Of a stretch of DNA of 64,000 nucleotides, positions 1 through 10,385 are shown piece by piece; position 1 is the first letter of the stretch, and each line of letters opens with the position of its first letter. The stretch is from Candidatus Bathyarchaeota archaeon (GTDB lineage Archaea > Thermoproteota > Bathyarchaeia > Bathyarchaeales > Bathycorpusculaceae): NCBI GenBank assembly GCA_963720565.1, contig CAVRFW010000009.1, forward strand, positions 96,001-160,000, written 5' to 3'. Below the pieces are notes generated by a model. That model saw only the letters and a program-made list of their open reading frames with translations, was not told where the DNA came from and made no database searches. A program made the position numbers and the translations under genes.

Positions 1-7
1 CCTGGTC

Positions 8-1822
8 TTGGCATCGTTTGTTTCAACTCCTCTCGCTCTTCTATCGGCGTTTGCCTTCACATTTCTTGTTCCAGGCTTAGTTTTCCATCGTTTTTTCAAA
101 ATGGAAACCTGCCAGTTGTTAGCCTTCATTCCGACTTTCAGCGTATTGGTGTCAACTCAGCTGGTTTACTACACTTCTCTTCTTTTTGGATATTCGTCGG
201 CAACAATAGCGGGTACATTTGTTGTATGGCTCCTGTTCTATGGTGTAGTCGAATGGCGAAAGCCGGCGACTATTTCATTGAGAAGTTTTATTAGAACTGC
301 CAAGCGCAACAGAGCAATTCTGGTAATTCTTGTTTTGACGTTTGCTCTGTCTTTTGCGGTTCTTTACAGAAGCGTCTGGTTTGAAAGCGATAACGGTATT
401 GTCTTGACAGGTTCAAACTGGCAAGATACACCCCTTCACTACGAGATTATTGAAAGCATAAACAGTGGCAATTTCCCGCCGCAAATGCCTTACTACTCTG
501 GGGAAAAGATGACATATCATTATTTCGTGGACTTTCACACGGCAATTCTTGAGAAGGTTTATGGATACCTGCCGCAGTTGTTGCCATTCCTGAACGCAGT
601 TTTCATTGCGGTTTTTGCCTTAGCCATCTATTCTCTTGCAAGACCAAATGGTAAACGAGCAGCTGCGTTTTCAACCATTATAGCCACATTCGGATGGGGT
701 TTCAGCTATTTCGGTTTCTTCTCGGCACTTGCTAATGGCACATTTAATCCTGCACAGAATTATGCCTACCAATACAATGGCTTGTTTGGTTTGCCGCCAA
801 TATTTGACAATCTGCTGCAGCAGAGGCCACTTCTGATAGGTTTGCCTGCTTTTGTATTGGTTCTCGCTCTACTGCGAAATATGGATAACAAACAAGGAGT
901 AATCTTGGCGGGTATTATGACTGGTTTTGTTTTTCCATTCCACGCTGTGTCGTTCATTTGCTGCTACCTTGCTTATTTTGCCTTTTTGTTGCTAAACATT
1001 AGGAGTTTCAAAACTCATTACTTTTGCTTTCTAATATCTGCTGTCGTGGCGTTGCCTTTCCTTTTTTCTGGTAGTGTTTCTGTACCTCTAGTTATAGCAC
1101 CTCTATGGTACATACTCTTCATGAAGGAAAATCCGATCTTGTTTTACTTTCTTAACCTTGGTGTTCCCTTCATTGTTTCTCTGGTTTTCATAAAGAAAGT
1201 TGACGGGGTCTTTCTGAAGCTTGTCTGCCTTTTTCTATTTCTGATTCCGAACCTGGTTTCTATCACGCCTAATCCATGGGACATGTACAAATTCTTTATT
1301 TTCGCTTGGATTCCACTTGCGGTTCTGAGCGGTGCTGCCCTATCCAAAATCAAGAAAAGTGTGGCGTTTGTGCTGCTTTTGCTTTCCATTCTAACTTCGG
1401 CGAATGTCATACTCTACAATCTCGGAACTAACTATACGGCAGCCAACTGGAATGAATACGAGTTAGGAATGTGGGTTAGAGAAAACACTCCAGAACGTTC
1501 TGTATTCTTAACTTATTACTCAATTCACTGTCCTCCAGTCATGATTGGAGGGCGCTTAACGGTTGCCTCATACGTTAACTGGGCGTACGGTCACGGCGTG
1601 CCCTGGGATGATATAAAAGCACGATGCGATGATATCGATTCTGCATACACTGGAAATTCAGACAATTTGATGCAGATTGTCAATGCATACAACGTAACTT
1701 ACATCTATGTTGGCGCGGATGAACTTCGCAATTTTCCTGGATGTGCAGAGCGATTTAACGTGGTAGAGTGGCTGCGACCAGTTTACAACGGAAGCTTGCG
1801 CATATACGAAGTAGTTCTCTAA
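8..1822 (+). CDS. Multi-pass membrane protein, probable GT-C-fold glycosyltransferase (5' end may lie outside the window)
   Basis: 604 aa with many TM segments. First-loop motif NWQDTPLH..PPQMPYYSGE..YHYFVD and a soluble C-terminal domain. First gene of a glycosyltransferase operon. Confidence 0.6.
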   Translation: MASFVSTPLALLSAFAFTFLVPGLVFHRFFKMETCQLLAFIPTFSVLVSTQLVYYTSLLFGYSSATIAGTFVVWLLFYGVVEWRKPATISLRSFIRTAKRNRAILVILVLTFALSFAVLYRSVWFESDNGIVLTGSNWQDTPLHYEIIESINSGNFPPQMPYYSGEKMTYHYFVDFHTAILEKVYGYLPQLLPFLNAVFIAVFALAIYSLARPNGKRAAAFSTIIATFGWGFSYFGFFSALANGTFNPAQNYAYQYNGLFGLPPIFDNLLQQRPLLIGLPAFVLVLALLRNMDNKQGVILAGIMTGFVFPFHAVSFICCYLAYFAFLLLNIRSFKTHYFCFLISAVVALPFLFSGSVSVPLVIAPLWYILFMKENPILFYFLNLGVPFIVSLVFIKKVDGVFLKLVCLFLFLIPNLVSITPNPWDMYKFFIFAWIPLAVLSGAALSKIKKSVAFVLLLLSILTSANVILYNLGTNYTAANWNEYELGMWVRENTPERSVFLTYYSIHCPPVMIGGRLTVASYVNWAYGHGVPWDDIKARCDDIDSAYTGNSDNLMQIVNAYNVTYIYVGADELRNFPGCAERFNVVEWLRPVYNGSLRIYEVVL

Positions 1823-1903
1823 CAAATGTTGCAAGTTCAACCTTAGGCTGGGTTTGAAGGGAATGCATGTAAGAAAACTTTTATTCACACGGTTCCTGAA
1901 CTA

Positions 1904-3196
1904 TTGATTCAACGGGAGGAGCAGAAAATTAACTTCTCGGTTGAGAAGCGCGAAGTCATCGGTGTAGTTGCAGTGCTGTCGATTTCGTTTTTGGTTAGGC
2001 TTCTCTTGTTTCCGTTGCCAGGATACAAACTGGATTCGACTACTTATCAGGCATGGTTCCAGACTGCAGCTAACGTTGGATTAAGAACTTTCTATAACCC
2101 CCCGAACTGGTGTGATTATCCGCCTCTGAATATCTATTTTTTCTGGGGTTTCGGGTCATTAGCGAAAACGCTTTCACTTTTCGGAACACCCGCAATGGGC
2201 TATCTTGTCAAGCTGGTTCCTAACCTGTTTGACGCTGCAACTGCGCTGATGATTTTTGTTTTTTCTAGAAAGCGTTTAGACTTCAAAATGGCGCTTTTGG
2301 CTACCGCCGCCTACTCGTTTAACCCTGCAGTTATCTTGAATGCAGCAGTGTGGGGTCAATACGACGCGATTTACACTTTCTTCCTTGTTCTATCTGTCAT
2401 GCTGGGATTGGCTTCAAAGCCTGAGCTTTGCGCTATTTCTTTCACGCTTAGCATTCTTACTAAACCGCAAGGCATAGCCTTAGCTCCTCTAATCGCCTTT
2501 CTGATTCTCAGAAAATATCGGCTACAATGGCGTCGTCTTCTGTCTTCACTATTCAGCGCGGTAGTTACCGTTTTCCTGGTAATAGTTCCTTTTGAGTGGA
2601 GCAACCCACTTACTTTCCTGACCAACATATACTTCGGAGCATATAGCGGCTACGCTGTTACATCCGTGAACGCGTTCAACATATGGGGACTAGTTGGGTT
2701 CTGGTTGCCTGACACAAACTACTATGTGATAGGATGGGTTCTTTTCGCAATCGTGGCTATCTTTACTTTGTATGTTCTGCATAGGCGGTTTGAGGTTTCA
2801 GGTGAAGTGCTCGTTCTTTTTTCAGCTTTCCTTCTTCTTTTCAGTTTCTTCATGCTTCCAACAAGAATTCATGAAAGGTATCTGTTTCCAACGATGAGCT
2901 TTCTGGCTTTGTTGTTTCCACTCCTAAAAAAGGCGCGCCCCATTTACTTGGTCTTAACTGGGACCTGTTTTGTCAATCAAGCATATGTTCTCTATTGGCT
3001 TAATGTTTACACAGACGCTGGTTACAACTACAGCCCCAATCTCACAGGCGACCCCGTAGCTATCGCAGTAAGCTTGATTAATTTAGTAGTGTTCCTTTAC
3101 GCTTTGACACTGATTCAGGCTGAGCTTAAAGGTGGATTAGGTATCCGAACTCGACCTGTTACGGCAGTACAGAACAAAACGAAGGAGGCTGGCTAA
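1904..3196 (+). CDS. GT-C membrane glycosyltransferase (Gpi18/GT87-like mannosyltransferase)
   Basis: Motifs DYPP, FNPA..N..WGQYD, TKPQ and HERY in a polytopic 430-aa protein. Confidence 0.75.
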   Translation: MIQREEQKINFSVEKREVIGVVAVLSISFLVRLLLFPLPGYKLDSTTYQAWFQTAANVGLRTFYNPPNWCDYPPLNIYFFWGFGSLAKTLSLFGTPAMGYLVKLVPNLFDAATALMIFVFSRKRLDFKMALLATAAYSFNPAVILNAAVWGQYDAIYTFFLVLSVMLGLASKPELCAISFTLSILTKPQGIALAPLIAFLILRKYRLQWRRLLSSLFSAVVTVFLVIVPFEWSNPLTFLTNIYFGAYSGYAVTSVNAFNIWGLVGFWLPDTNYYVIGWVLFAIVAIFTLYVLHRRFEVSGEVLVLFSAFLLLFSFFMLPTRIHERYLFPTMSFLALLFPLLKKARPIYLVLTGTCFVNQAYVLYWLNVYTDAGYNYSPNLTGDPVAIAVSLINLVVFLYALTLIQAELKGGLGIRTRPVTAVQNKTKEAG

Positions 3197-3202
3197 ACCA
3201 GA

Positions 3203-4936
3203 ATGGACATCGATAAGCGAGACTTGCTCACGATAACTGTCATATCCATAGTCTTCTTCTCAATGGCGGCTTGGAACCTTGGACTTACACAGGCACCCAT
3301 CACCACATGGCAAACTAGCCAAGACCAATCATTCTACATAGACATAGGCAAAACCGAAAGCATTGACACTGTTTATCTCTTAGTCAAGAATGGTTCCGCC
3401 ACAGCCCAAGCTTACACTGGGTTTCCAGGAAACTGGAACTCTCAAGGAATACTCCCACTTAGCATCACCTATCCATACGACTACTATAGTTGGAGCAAAA
3501 TTACCATTGAAAGCAGCACACAGTATGTACGTTTTCATTTCGAGAATGCATCCGTTGAAGTCGCTGAAATAGCGGTTCTCGACCAAGACAATCAGAAAGT
3601 TCCAATTGTCGCAATCGCAGGTGAAAACGAATCTAGCCAAGACTTAGCTAGGCTGATTGATGAACAGGGCTTGGTTGAGTGTCCTCCAACGTATATGTCG
3701 GAGACTTTCTTTGACGAGATCTACTACGTGAAAACCGCGGAGAACTACCTGAGACTTGAGTACCCTTACGAGTGGACTCATCCCCCGCTGGGAAAATTGA
3801 TAATTGCTTTCGGAATTTTCGCTTTAGGTTACAGTCCTTTCGTGTGGCGAATAATGGGCGTGGCTTTCGCAACATTAATGCTGCCTATAATCTACCTGTT
3901 GGGCAAGAGGTTGTTTGGAACCTGGATTGGCGCCTTCACCTCTGCTTTCCTGTTGGCTTTTGATTTTATGCATTTCACAATGGCGCGAATGGCAACCGTG
4001 GATACCTATGTTGTCTTTTTTTCGTTAGCTTCGCAGCTTTTCTTCTTAATCTACATTAAAGATTTGTTTAAGAACGGTTGGAAAGCCTCAATTATTCCAC
4101 TGTTCTTGGGATTTCTGTTTTTCGCGCTCGGTTTCTCAACAAAATGGTTTATTCTTTACGGTTTCATAGGGTTAATTGCCTTCATATTAATTCTAAGACT
4201 AAGAGACGTTATCAAACTAGAGGAAACTTGGGCCGCGAGGCTTAATGCTCTCCTGGATCCGCCATTCTACTTGTTGCCTCTATTCCTGCTGGTAGCAATC
4301 TTGATTTATTTTCTAACTTTCATACCAGACATGATAGTTGGGCGCTCCATAGTTGATGTTCTTGGGCTTCAAGGATCAATGTACATTTACCACTCCACTC
4401 TTTCGGCTACACATCCTTTTTCTTCCGCGTGGTGGAGCTGGCCTCTAATGTTGCGTCCTGTTTGGCTGTACGTCTCTTACCTGCCGCTTGACCTGAAGTC
4501 TACAATCACCTTGTTAGGCAACCCTGCAGTCTGGTGGCCTGGCTTCATCTCCATAATCGTAGTTGCGGCAAGAGCTATCCCAGGTCATTTCTGGAAAAAG
4601 CTGCCTAAACTACAAGTCCTTGCCAGAAATCAACCCGGTGTAGATTGGATTGCCTTATTCATCGTGGTTGTTTTCTTTTTCCAATGGGTTCCGTACGTTT
4701 TCATTTCTCGAATTACCTTTGTCTATCATTACTACCTCAATGTGCCGCTTCTCTGTTTAGCTTCAGCATACTTGGTAAGCAAGTGCTGGTCCAGCAAGTG
4801 GGGCAAGATAGCTACCATTATTCTTCTTGCAGCTGTCGTGATTCTATTCGCTCTGTTTTATCCCGTAATCTCCGGAAACCCCTCTTCTACAACATTTATT
4901 GACAGCCTGAAATGGTTTGAAAGTTGGGTGTTCTAA
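3203..4936 (+). CDS. Dolichyl-phosphate-mannose-protein mannosyltransferase family (PMT/GT39)
   Basis: FFDEIYY, EWTHPPLGK, FVWR, RMATVD, TKW, HPFSS.WWSWP..RP and YHYY motifs. Confidence 0.85.
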   Translation: MDIDKRDLLTITVISIVFFSMAAWNLGLTQAPITTWQTSQDQSFYIDIGKTESIDTVYLLVKNGSATAQAYTGFPGNWNSQGILPLSITYPYDYYSWSKITIESSTQYVRFHFENASVEVAEIAVLDQDNQKVPIVAIAGENESSQDLARLIDEQGLVECPPTYMSETFFDEIYYVKTAENYLRLEYPYEWTHPPLGKLIIAFGIFALGYSPFVWRIMGVAFATLMLPIIYLLGKRLFGTWIGAFTSAFLLAFDFMHFTMARMATVDTYVVFFSLASQLFFLIYIKDLFKNGWKASIIPLFLGFLFFALGFSTKWFILYGFIGLIAFILILRLRDVIKLEETWAARLNALLDPPFYLLPLFLLVAILIYFLTFIPDMIVGRSIVDVLGLQGSMYIYHSTLSATHPFSSAWWSWPLMLRPVWLYVSYLPLDLKSTITLLGNPAVWWPGFISIIVVAARAIPGHFWKKLPKLQVLARNQPGVDWIALFIVVVFFFQWVPYVFISRITFVYHYYLNVPLLCLASAYLVSKCWSSKWGKIATIILLAAVVILFALFYPVISGNPSSTTFIDSLKWFESWVF

Positions 4937-5706
4937 ACGTGCAAGAAACGGCATTTCAGTCGGAGAAAGTTTCGGTTGTTCTGCCAACCTACAATGAAGC
5001 GGACAGCATAGAGACAGCAGTGGAACAAGTGATTGCTGCACTAAAAGAATATGGAAAGCCCTACGAGATAATAATCGCTGAAGATGGTAGCACGGATGGC
5101 ACCGACAAGAAAGCGAGCATACTATCCAAAAAATATGTGGGCATAGTAAAACACATTCACAAAGAGAAACGCATGGGAAGAGGAAAAGCCCTCGAGAACG
5201 CCTTCAATCACTCGAGCGGCAAAATTCTTGTTTATATGGATGTAGATTTAGCTACCGACGTGCGGCATCTAGCTGAACTCGTAAGAAGCGTTCAAGTCGA
5301 AGGATATGAAATAGCCACGGGCTCAAGAATGCTGAACGAGAGCAGGGTCAGGAGAAGTGGCACCAGGAGCATCGCATCAAGAGTTTACAACCTCATGGTC
5401 CGTTGGCTTCTAGGCTCAAAGATTAAGGATCATCAGTGCGGCTTCAAAGCGTTCCGACGAGAACCTTTAATGCAGTTGCTCACTGAGGTAGAAGCTAAAC
5501 ACTGGTTTTGGGATACGGAAATCCTAGTGCGGGCTGCGCAGAGAGGTTACAGGATAAAAGAGATACCAGTGAATTGGAAGGGTGGTTCAGAAACGAAGGT
5601 ACTATTACTCAAAGACTCATCTGACATGTTTAGGCAGATACTATTACTCTGGTGGCACTTGAAGGTGTCTCGCCCACACGGGTTATCTTTGGGCTCTTCT
5701 AGCTAA
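4924..5706 (+). CDS. GT2 dolichyl-phosphate sugar synthase (DPG/DPM synthase-like)
   Basis: VVLPTYNE, EDGSTDGT, DVD, DHQCGFKAF and WFWDTE motifs. The true start may be GTG at about 4939. Confidence 0.85.
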   Translation: MGVLNVQETAFQSEKVSVVLPTYNEADSIETAVEQVIAALKEYGKPYEIIIAEDGSTDGTDKKASILSKKYVGIVKHIHKEKRMGRGKALENAFNHSSGKILVYMDVDLATDVRHLAELVRSVQVEGYEIATGSRMLNESRVRRSGTRSIASRVYNLMVRWLLGSKIKDHQCGFKAFRREPLMQLLTEVEAKHWFWDTEILVRAAQRGYRIKEIPVNWKGGSETKVLLLKDSSDMFRQILLLWWHLKVSRPHGLSLGSSS

Positions 5707-6246
5707 GAGAACCAGCGCTCTTGCTATCAACGACAAACCTGTGATTATTAGCATCCAGGTCCAGAAAATGAACCACGCGCTTACGTTTGTAGTTTGGTTA
5801 AGATAGGTGTTTACTAGGTAGGCTGCTCCAAACCAAAATACTAGGTTTCCAACGGTTTCAGCTGTGTTGCTTATTGATGATCCCAATGCAAACCTCAGCG
5901 TCAAGATTATGGTTTGCAGGATTCCCAACCCCAGACAAAGATGGAACAACGCGCCATAGAAGACTGCGTGGGCACCTGGGTTTGCGGGCATAGGCAAGTA
6001 TATCTCGGTGCCGGGAACTACAGTAGTTTCCAAGTTTTCGAAAAATGCTACTACGCTGTCCCAAAGACCAGAGGTGGTTATGTATATTATCCCAATTAGG
6101 ATAAAGACGAATCCTACAGCGATGGCACTCAAAAGGCCTTCTTGTGCCTTATGCGATCCTTTCAAAACACTTGGCTTTTTGTTCAATCTTCTTCCCCTTT
6201 CGCTTATTTGTTGCTTCTGCAAATATGCTTTTCCTTTTTTGTTCAA
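5683..6246 (-). CDS. Hypothetical membrane protein (4 TM)
   Basis: Four hydrophobic helices. The real start is probably downstream of the ORF start. Confidence 0.6.
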   Translation of the reverse strand: MNKKGKAYLQKQQISERGRRLNKKPSVLKGSHKAQEGLLSAIAVGFVFILIGIIYITTSGLWDSVVAFFENLETTVVPGTEIYLPMPANPGAHAVFYGALFHLCLGLGILQTIILTLRFALGSSISNTAETVGNLVFWFGAAYLVNTYLNQTTNVSAWFIFWTWMLIITGLSLIARALVLLARRAQR

Positions 6247-6298
6247 CCCTGAGTGTATGTTTTAAATACTAATTCTAAGATAACCATTCTATGCTAAG

Positions 6299-6727
6299 GT
6301 GAAGGTTATGTCGTACTGTCCAAAATGTGGTAATAAGGTTGAGGAGAACATGACGTTCTGCCCGCGGTGTGGTGCTCCTCTGAAGGCTGAAGCTCAAACG
6401 CAGACGACAGCAGTTACCGCTTCGAAGAGGAACGAAAAAGCTGAGAAAGGCGAGAAGCAGGAGAAAAACGAGAAGGACGAACCGGAAAAGGGTGAGAAAC
6501 AAGAGAAAGGCGAGTACGGCTTTGTTGGCTGGTTAATCGGCGGAATAATTCTGATAGTTATTGGCTTCTTCGCGTTGCTTCGTATATCCGGTTATATCGC
6601 TACGGGAATGGACACTGCTCTGATATTCTTGATAGTTGGTGTATTAATCATTATTGTGGCCGTATACTTTGCAAGTGTGGCGCGGAAACGGTATCCTCCG
6701 CCGCCTCCACCAGCCCCATCTTCCTAA
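6299..6727 (+). CDS. Zinc-ribbon domain membrane protein
   Basis: YCPKCG..FCPRCG zinc ribbon, EK-repeat linker, two TM helices and a poly-Pro tail. Confidence 0.8.
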   Translation: MKVMSYCPKCGNKVEENMTFCPRCGAPLKAEAQTQTTAVTASKRNEKAEKGEKQEKNEKDEPEKGEKQEKGEYGFVGWLIGGIILIVIGFFALLRISGYIATGMDTALIFLIVGVLIIIVAVYFASVARKRYPPPPPPAPSS

Positions 6728-7864
6728 AGCAGCCATCCTAGGAAAAATCGGTACAACCTGTGTTCCAAAAGCGTTAAGGTATTTCTTCGTCCAAATATTC
6801 GGAAATAGTTTTTCCCAGCTGATTCTATCATGTCGCCGATATCATAGCGTGGAAACATGCAAGAGGAGATAATGAGATTTCCCCATTCCCCCCTTTGCAG
6901 ATCATGTAGCATTTTCACTTCCTTGCCCGTGTCAACCTCAAAGAAGTAGGCATCATAATTCGGCGTAACATAGGGTAAGTCATCATATTGCTGGGCAAAA
7001 ACCCCTTCAGTAGCAGAATACATCTCCACGATTGGCGCAGGACCAAAATATTTGCGGAGAACTGGACCATACTTAAACTGTATCTTGCGCACGCTAGTGC
7101 AGAACAAGGCTTTAAAATCCCAAAGATCAGTAGGCTTCTTTCCATGTTTACGCTGCACATATTTGGCAAAAGCCAATATTACAGGTGTTACTCCCATCGT
7201 GGCCGTAACATTTTTCCCATTTGCCTGCTGATAAGCCAGTTCAAACCTCTTCTCCCAATCGCTTCTGGTGATTCCTGAACCAAGAATGTCTATGTCTTCT
7301 TGACGGGGCAGCAAGCTGACTCTGTCAAACATCGGATTAAGCCGAGCGTAAGTCCCCCCACTATAACCATAGGTTAGTTCTCTACCATCCTCGACTATTG
7401 TGTGAACACTGCTCGGGAAATTCAGGTTCAAAATATTGCCCATAAAGACCTGAAAGTTCTTTTTTCTTAGTGCATGATGAACAAGTGCTCTTGCACCACA
7501 CGAGAAAATTTGTTTAAGATGTGTTTGAGTTGCTGGAAGAACTTTTGATTTTCCCGTTGAGCCTCTTGTCATGACCCAACATTCAGGCGTTTCCGGCAAA
7601 ATTGCCTTATGGTTTCCTTCTTTTACTTGTGCAAGGTAGGGCAGCAATCCTTTGTAATCTATTATGGGAATCTTTGCTTGATAGTCGGGTATTCCCATCG
7701 CGTGCGACGCGCCTCTTTGAGCTTCCGTAATCTGTGGTTTCGTATTTCTTGAGCAAATCCTTCAAGGTTTGTTCCTGCGCCTTCTGTGGATTCTCAAGCG
7801 ATTCGTACCATGGGTTAATTATAGGCTTTAAGATGCTGTTTACGCTATCATTATCGGGCAACAT
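6724..7864 (-). CDS. GH3-family acyl-adenylate/amido synthetase-like protein (frameshift near 7700)
   Basis: ORFs 7607-7864 (P..AQE..L..LL....T.YG) and 6724-7698 (PIIDY, TRGSTGKSK..P, YSATEG, RYDIGD) join into one GH3-like protein. Confidence 0.75.
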
Positions 7865-7953
7865 TCACATGCACATTTTCCAAGGAGACTTGTTTCAATC
7901 GCCTTATATGTTTCTCCATTCATATTCGTTAACACAAGCTTTAGCCTCGAGTT

Positions 7954-8949
7954 GTGAAACCCATGGCGGAAAAGTTGCGGGATACTGCAGATAGAATTAG
8001 AAAACTGGAAGTGCAGGGCGCAAGAAATGTTGCAATTGCTGCCGTGAAGGCGATAGAAACTATGGCTCACGGGACAAAAGCTAAGACTCGGGAAAGTTTT
8101 GTGAAGGAACTCTTCGAAGCAAAAACCACGCTTTTTGCAACTAGGACGACGGAACCTCTTATGAGGAATGCCATCAAATGGATTATCAACCGCGTTGAAG
8201 ATTCTGACGAGAGAAACGTTGAAACCTTGGCTGCTTTGGTTACTTCGAGTGCTAACAGTTTTCAAAAGAAGCTTGAAGCATCAAAGGAGCGCATCGCTGA
8301 GATAGGTGCCAAAAGAATACGTGAAGGCATGGTGATTTTCACTCATTGCCACTCATCAACTACAACCTATCTGTTAAGTAGAGCAAAGAAAGAGGGCAAA
8401 AACTTCGAGGTGATATGCACTGAAACGCGCCCAGCCTTGCAGGGTAGAATCACTGCCAAAGAAATGGTTGAGCTTGGTGTCAAGACGACGATGATAGTCG
8501 ATTCAGCCGCGCGATCCTTCATGAATGATGCTGACATAGTAATCGTGGGCGCAGATGCATTAACCTCGGAAGGGAACGTTATAAACAAAATCGGAACAGG
8601 TGCCATTGCTCTACTAGCTTACGAGGCGCGAAAACCCTTCTACGTCGTTGCTGAGCTTCTAAAGTTTGACCCTGACACGCTGTGTGGAGATTACGAGAAA
8701 ATCGAGGAGCGCAGTCCGCTCGAAATCTGGACGGAAGCGCCAGAAAATCTAGTAATTCGAAATCCTGCCTTCGACGTTACGAGGCGCGACTACATTCATG
8801 GCATCATCTGCGAGGAAGGCATAATATCGCCTCATTCAATAGTTGAGGTTATGCATCGAAGACATCGAGTGGATTTTTCACTAGTCTACATACTTCCAGA
8901 GCTTCAAAGCGGCTTTCAATTCCTTGTGCGATTTCGCGTAATCCTCTAA
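7954..8949 (+). CDS. e2b2: Ribose-1,5-bisphosphate isomerase
   Basis: eIF2B-like fold with VQGA, THCHS (catalytic Cys), ETRP, GAD, NKIGT and NPAFDVT. Adjacent to rbcL and deoA. The last ~25 aa overlapping rbcL are probably frameshift read-through. Confidence 0.88.
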   Translation: MKPMAEKLRDTADRIRKLEVQGARNVAIAAVKAIETMAHGTKAKTRESFVKELFEAKTTLFATRTTEPLMRNAIKWIINRVEDSDERNVETLAALVTSSANSFQKKLEASKERIAEIGAKRIREGMVIFTHCHSSTTTYLLSRAKKEGKNFEVICTETRPALQGRITAKEMVELGVKTTMIVDSAARSFMNDADIVIVGADALTSEGNVINKIGTGAIALLAYEARKPFYVVAELLKFDPDTLCGDYEKIEERSPLEIWTEAPENLVIRNPAFDVTRRDYIHGIICEEGIISPHSIVEVMHRRHRVDFSLVYILPELQSGFQFLVRFRVIL

Positions 8950-10110
8950 GGTCTGGTTGTTCAAGACGGCGTTGACAGCCTGGCGAATTGCCTTGGCTCC
9001 GGCGACTGTTCCGTTTTTGTGACCGTGGATTCCTCCACCGGCCTGAATGATGAAGTCTTTGCCAAAAGTTTGCATCAGAGCTGGGACAAGGAGGGGATGT
9101 AAACCGCCTGACGCAACTGGCATAACCTCTTTTATGCCACTTATCTTGGTTTTTAACGCGTCGACGTTCTCAAGTACTTCCTGTTTGGTTTCTGACATTT
9201 TTCCTACAACTGTGCCCACGTGAAGCTGGTCGACTCCGATGATTCTGGAGATCTTGGCTATTACCCTCATGGCTATCCCGTGTTTAGGATTCTTAGTGAA
9301 GGCTGCATGTCCTGCTCTGTGAGCATGGATGACCAGCTTGTAGTTCTGGTTCCGAAGAGTCTGCAAAGCCGAAAAGCCACAAGTCAAGATGTCGATCATA
9401 ACGTATTCTCCACCGTGGTCCAAAACATATTCGGCGCGTTTGAGCATGGTGTTTGTTTCAGCCGTGATGTTGACCATGTATACTTTCCGCTCGCCGGTTT
9501 CGCTTTCTGCTTTATCTCTGCTCTCAAGAGTTTGTATGACGCGTTCTTCAAACGGGTTAAACTGTTGGTTGCTCAAGTTTTCATCGTCTTTCACTATGTC
9601 GCAGCCCCCAGACCAGGCTTCGTATGCTACTTGCGCGTGATCTTTGGTTCTAAGTCCAAGCTTAGGTTTGATTATTGTTCCGACAAGAGGACGTTCTGGA
9701 ATTTTTAGGAGTTTTCTGATTCCTGCTATACCAAAATGTGGTCCTCTGAAACTGCTAACGAGTTTATCTGGCAAATCAATGTCGCAGAGGCGCAAATTCT
9801 TGAGTGCTTTCAGTCCGAAAACATTTCCTGCAACACTGCTAAGAACATTAGGCATGTTTCCCATTTCGAATAGACCGATAGGATAAGCAATTTTAGCCAC
9901 GTTGCCTTCTATGTTGAAGACGCGGGCTGCTAACTGCTCCACATAGGGTCTTGTAGTAGTGAGTTCTGTCCAAGTCCCTACGGAACTTTCGGCAGCGACC
10001 CCGCCCGCAGCCTCTTTGAGGCTTATGCCCTCAGGCTCCACCGCAAAAGTGCATATTAGATCGTTCTCTTTTGGTTTGTACTTAAGGTCGACAAAGTCCA
10101 CGTACTTCAA
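8881..10110 (-). CDS. rbcL: Form III ribulose-1,5-bisphosphate carboxylase (RuBisCO)
   Basis: AAESSVGTWT, GTIIKPKLGL, KDDEN, HAHRAGH, HVGTVVGKM, SGG and QAGGG all intact. TTG start at 10110 follows GAGGAAGG. Confidence 0.95.
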   Translation of the reverse strand: MKYVDFVDLKYKPKENDLICTFAVEPEGISLKEAAGGVAAESSVGTWTELTTTRPYVEQLAARVFNIEGNVAKIAYPIGLFEMGNMPNVLSSVAGNVFGLKALKNLRLCDIDLPDKLVSSFRGPHFGIAGIRKLLKIPERPLVGTIIKPKLGLRTKDHAQVAYEAWSGGCDIVKDDENLSNQQFNPFEERVIQTLESRDKAESETGERKVYMVNITAETNTMLKRAEYVLDHGGEYVMIDILTCGFSALQTLRNQNYKLVIHAHRAGHAAFTKNPKHGIAMRVIAKISRIIGVDQLHVGTVVGKMSETKQEVLENVDALKTKISGIKEVMPVASGGLHPLLVPALMQTFGKDFIIQAGGGIHGHKNGTVAGAKAIRQAVNAVLNNQTLEDYAKSHKELKAALKLWKYVD

Positions 10111-10385
10111 AACAACCTTCCTCACGTTGTTTTAGAGTTGAGATTTCCTTAAAAACCTTCATTGGTAATCAAGAAAGCCTGAGTGACAAAATCCCTTCTA
10201 GAAAATCAGAGAATTCAATTAGTACTCTAGTATGACCGGTTTAGGTTTGCCAAGGCAAAAGATCTCAAGTTGCACGAGGAGTCTCCTTCTGAGTTCAGCG
10301 GAGTGCCTTCGGGAAACATACTTGCTCAGCTGGCTATAAAATCTTTAACTATTCCTTCCGCTAATCTGAGTTTGGTGTAGGCTTA

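Noticed and set aside
8881..8949. Functional 69-bp convergent overlap of e2b2 and rbcL
   Set aside because: Probably an indel near 8865. Another frame gives ..WIFH* ending at about 8884.
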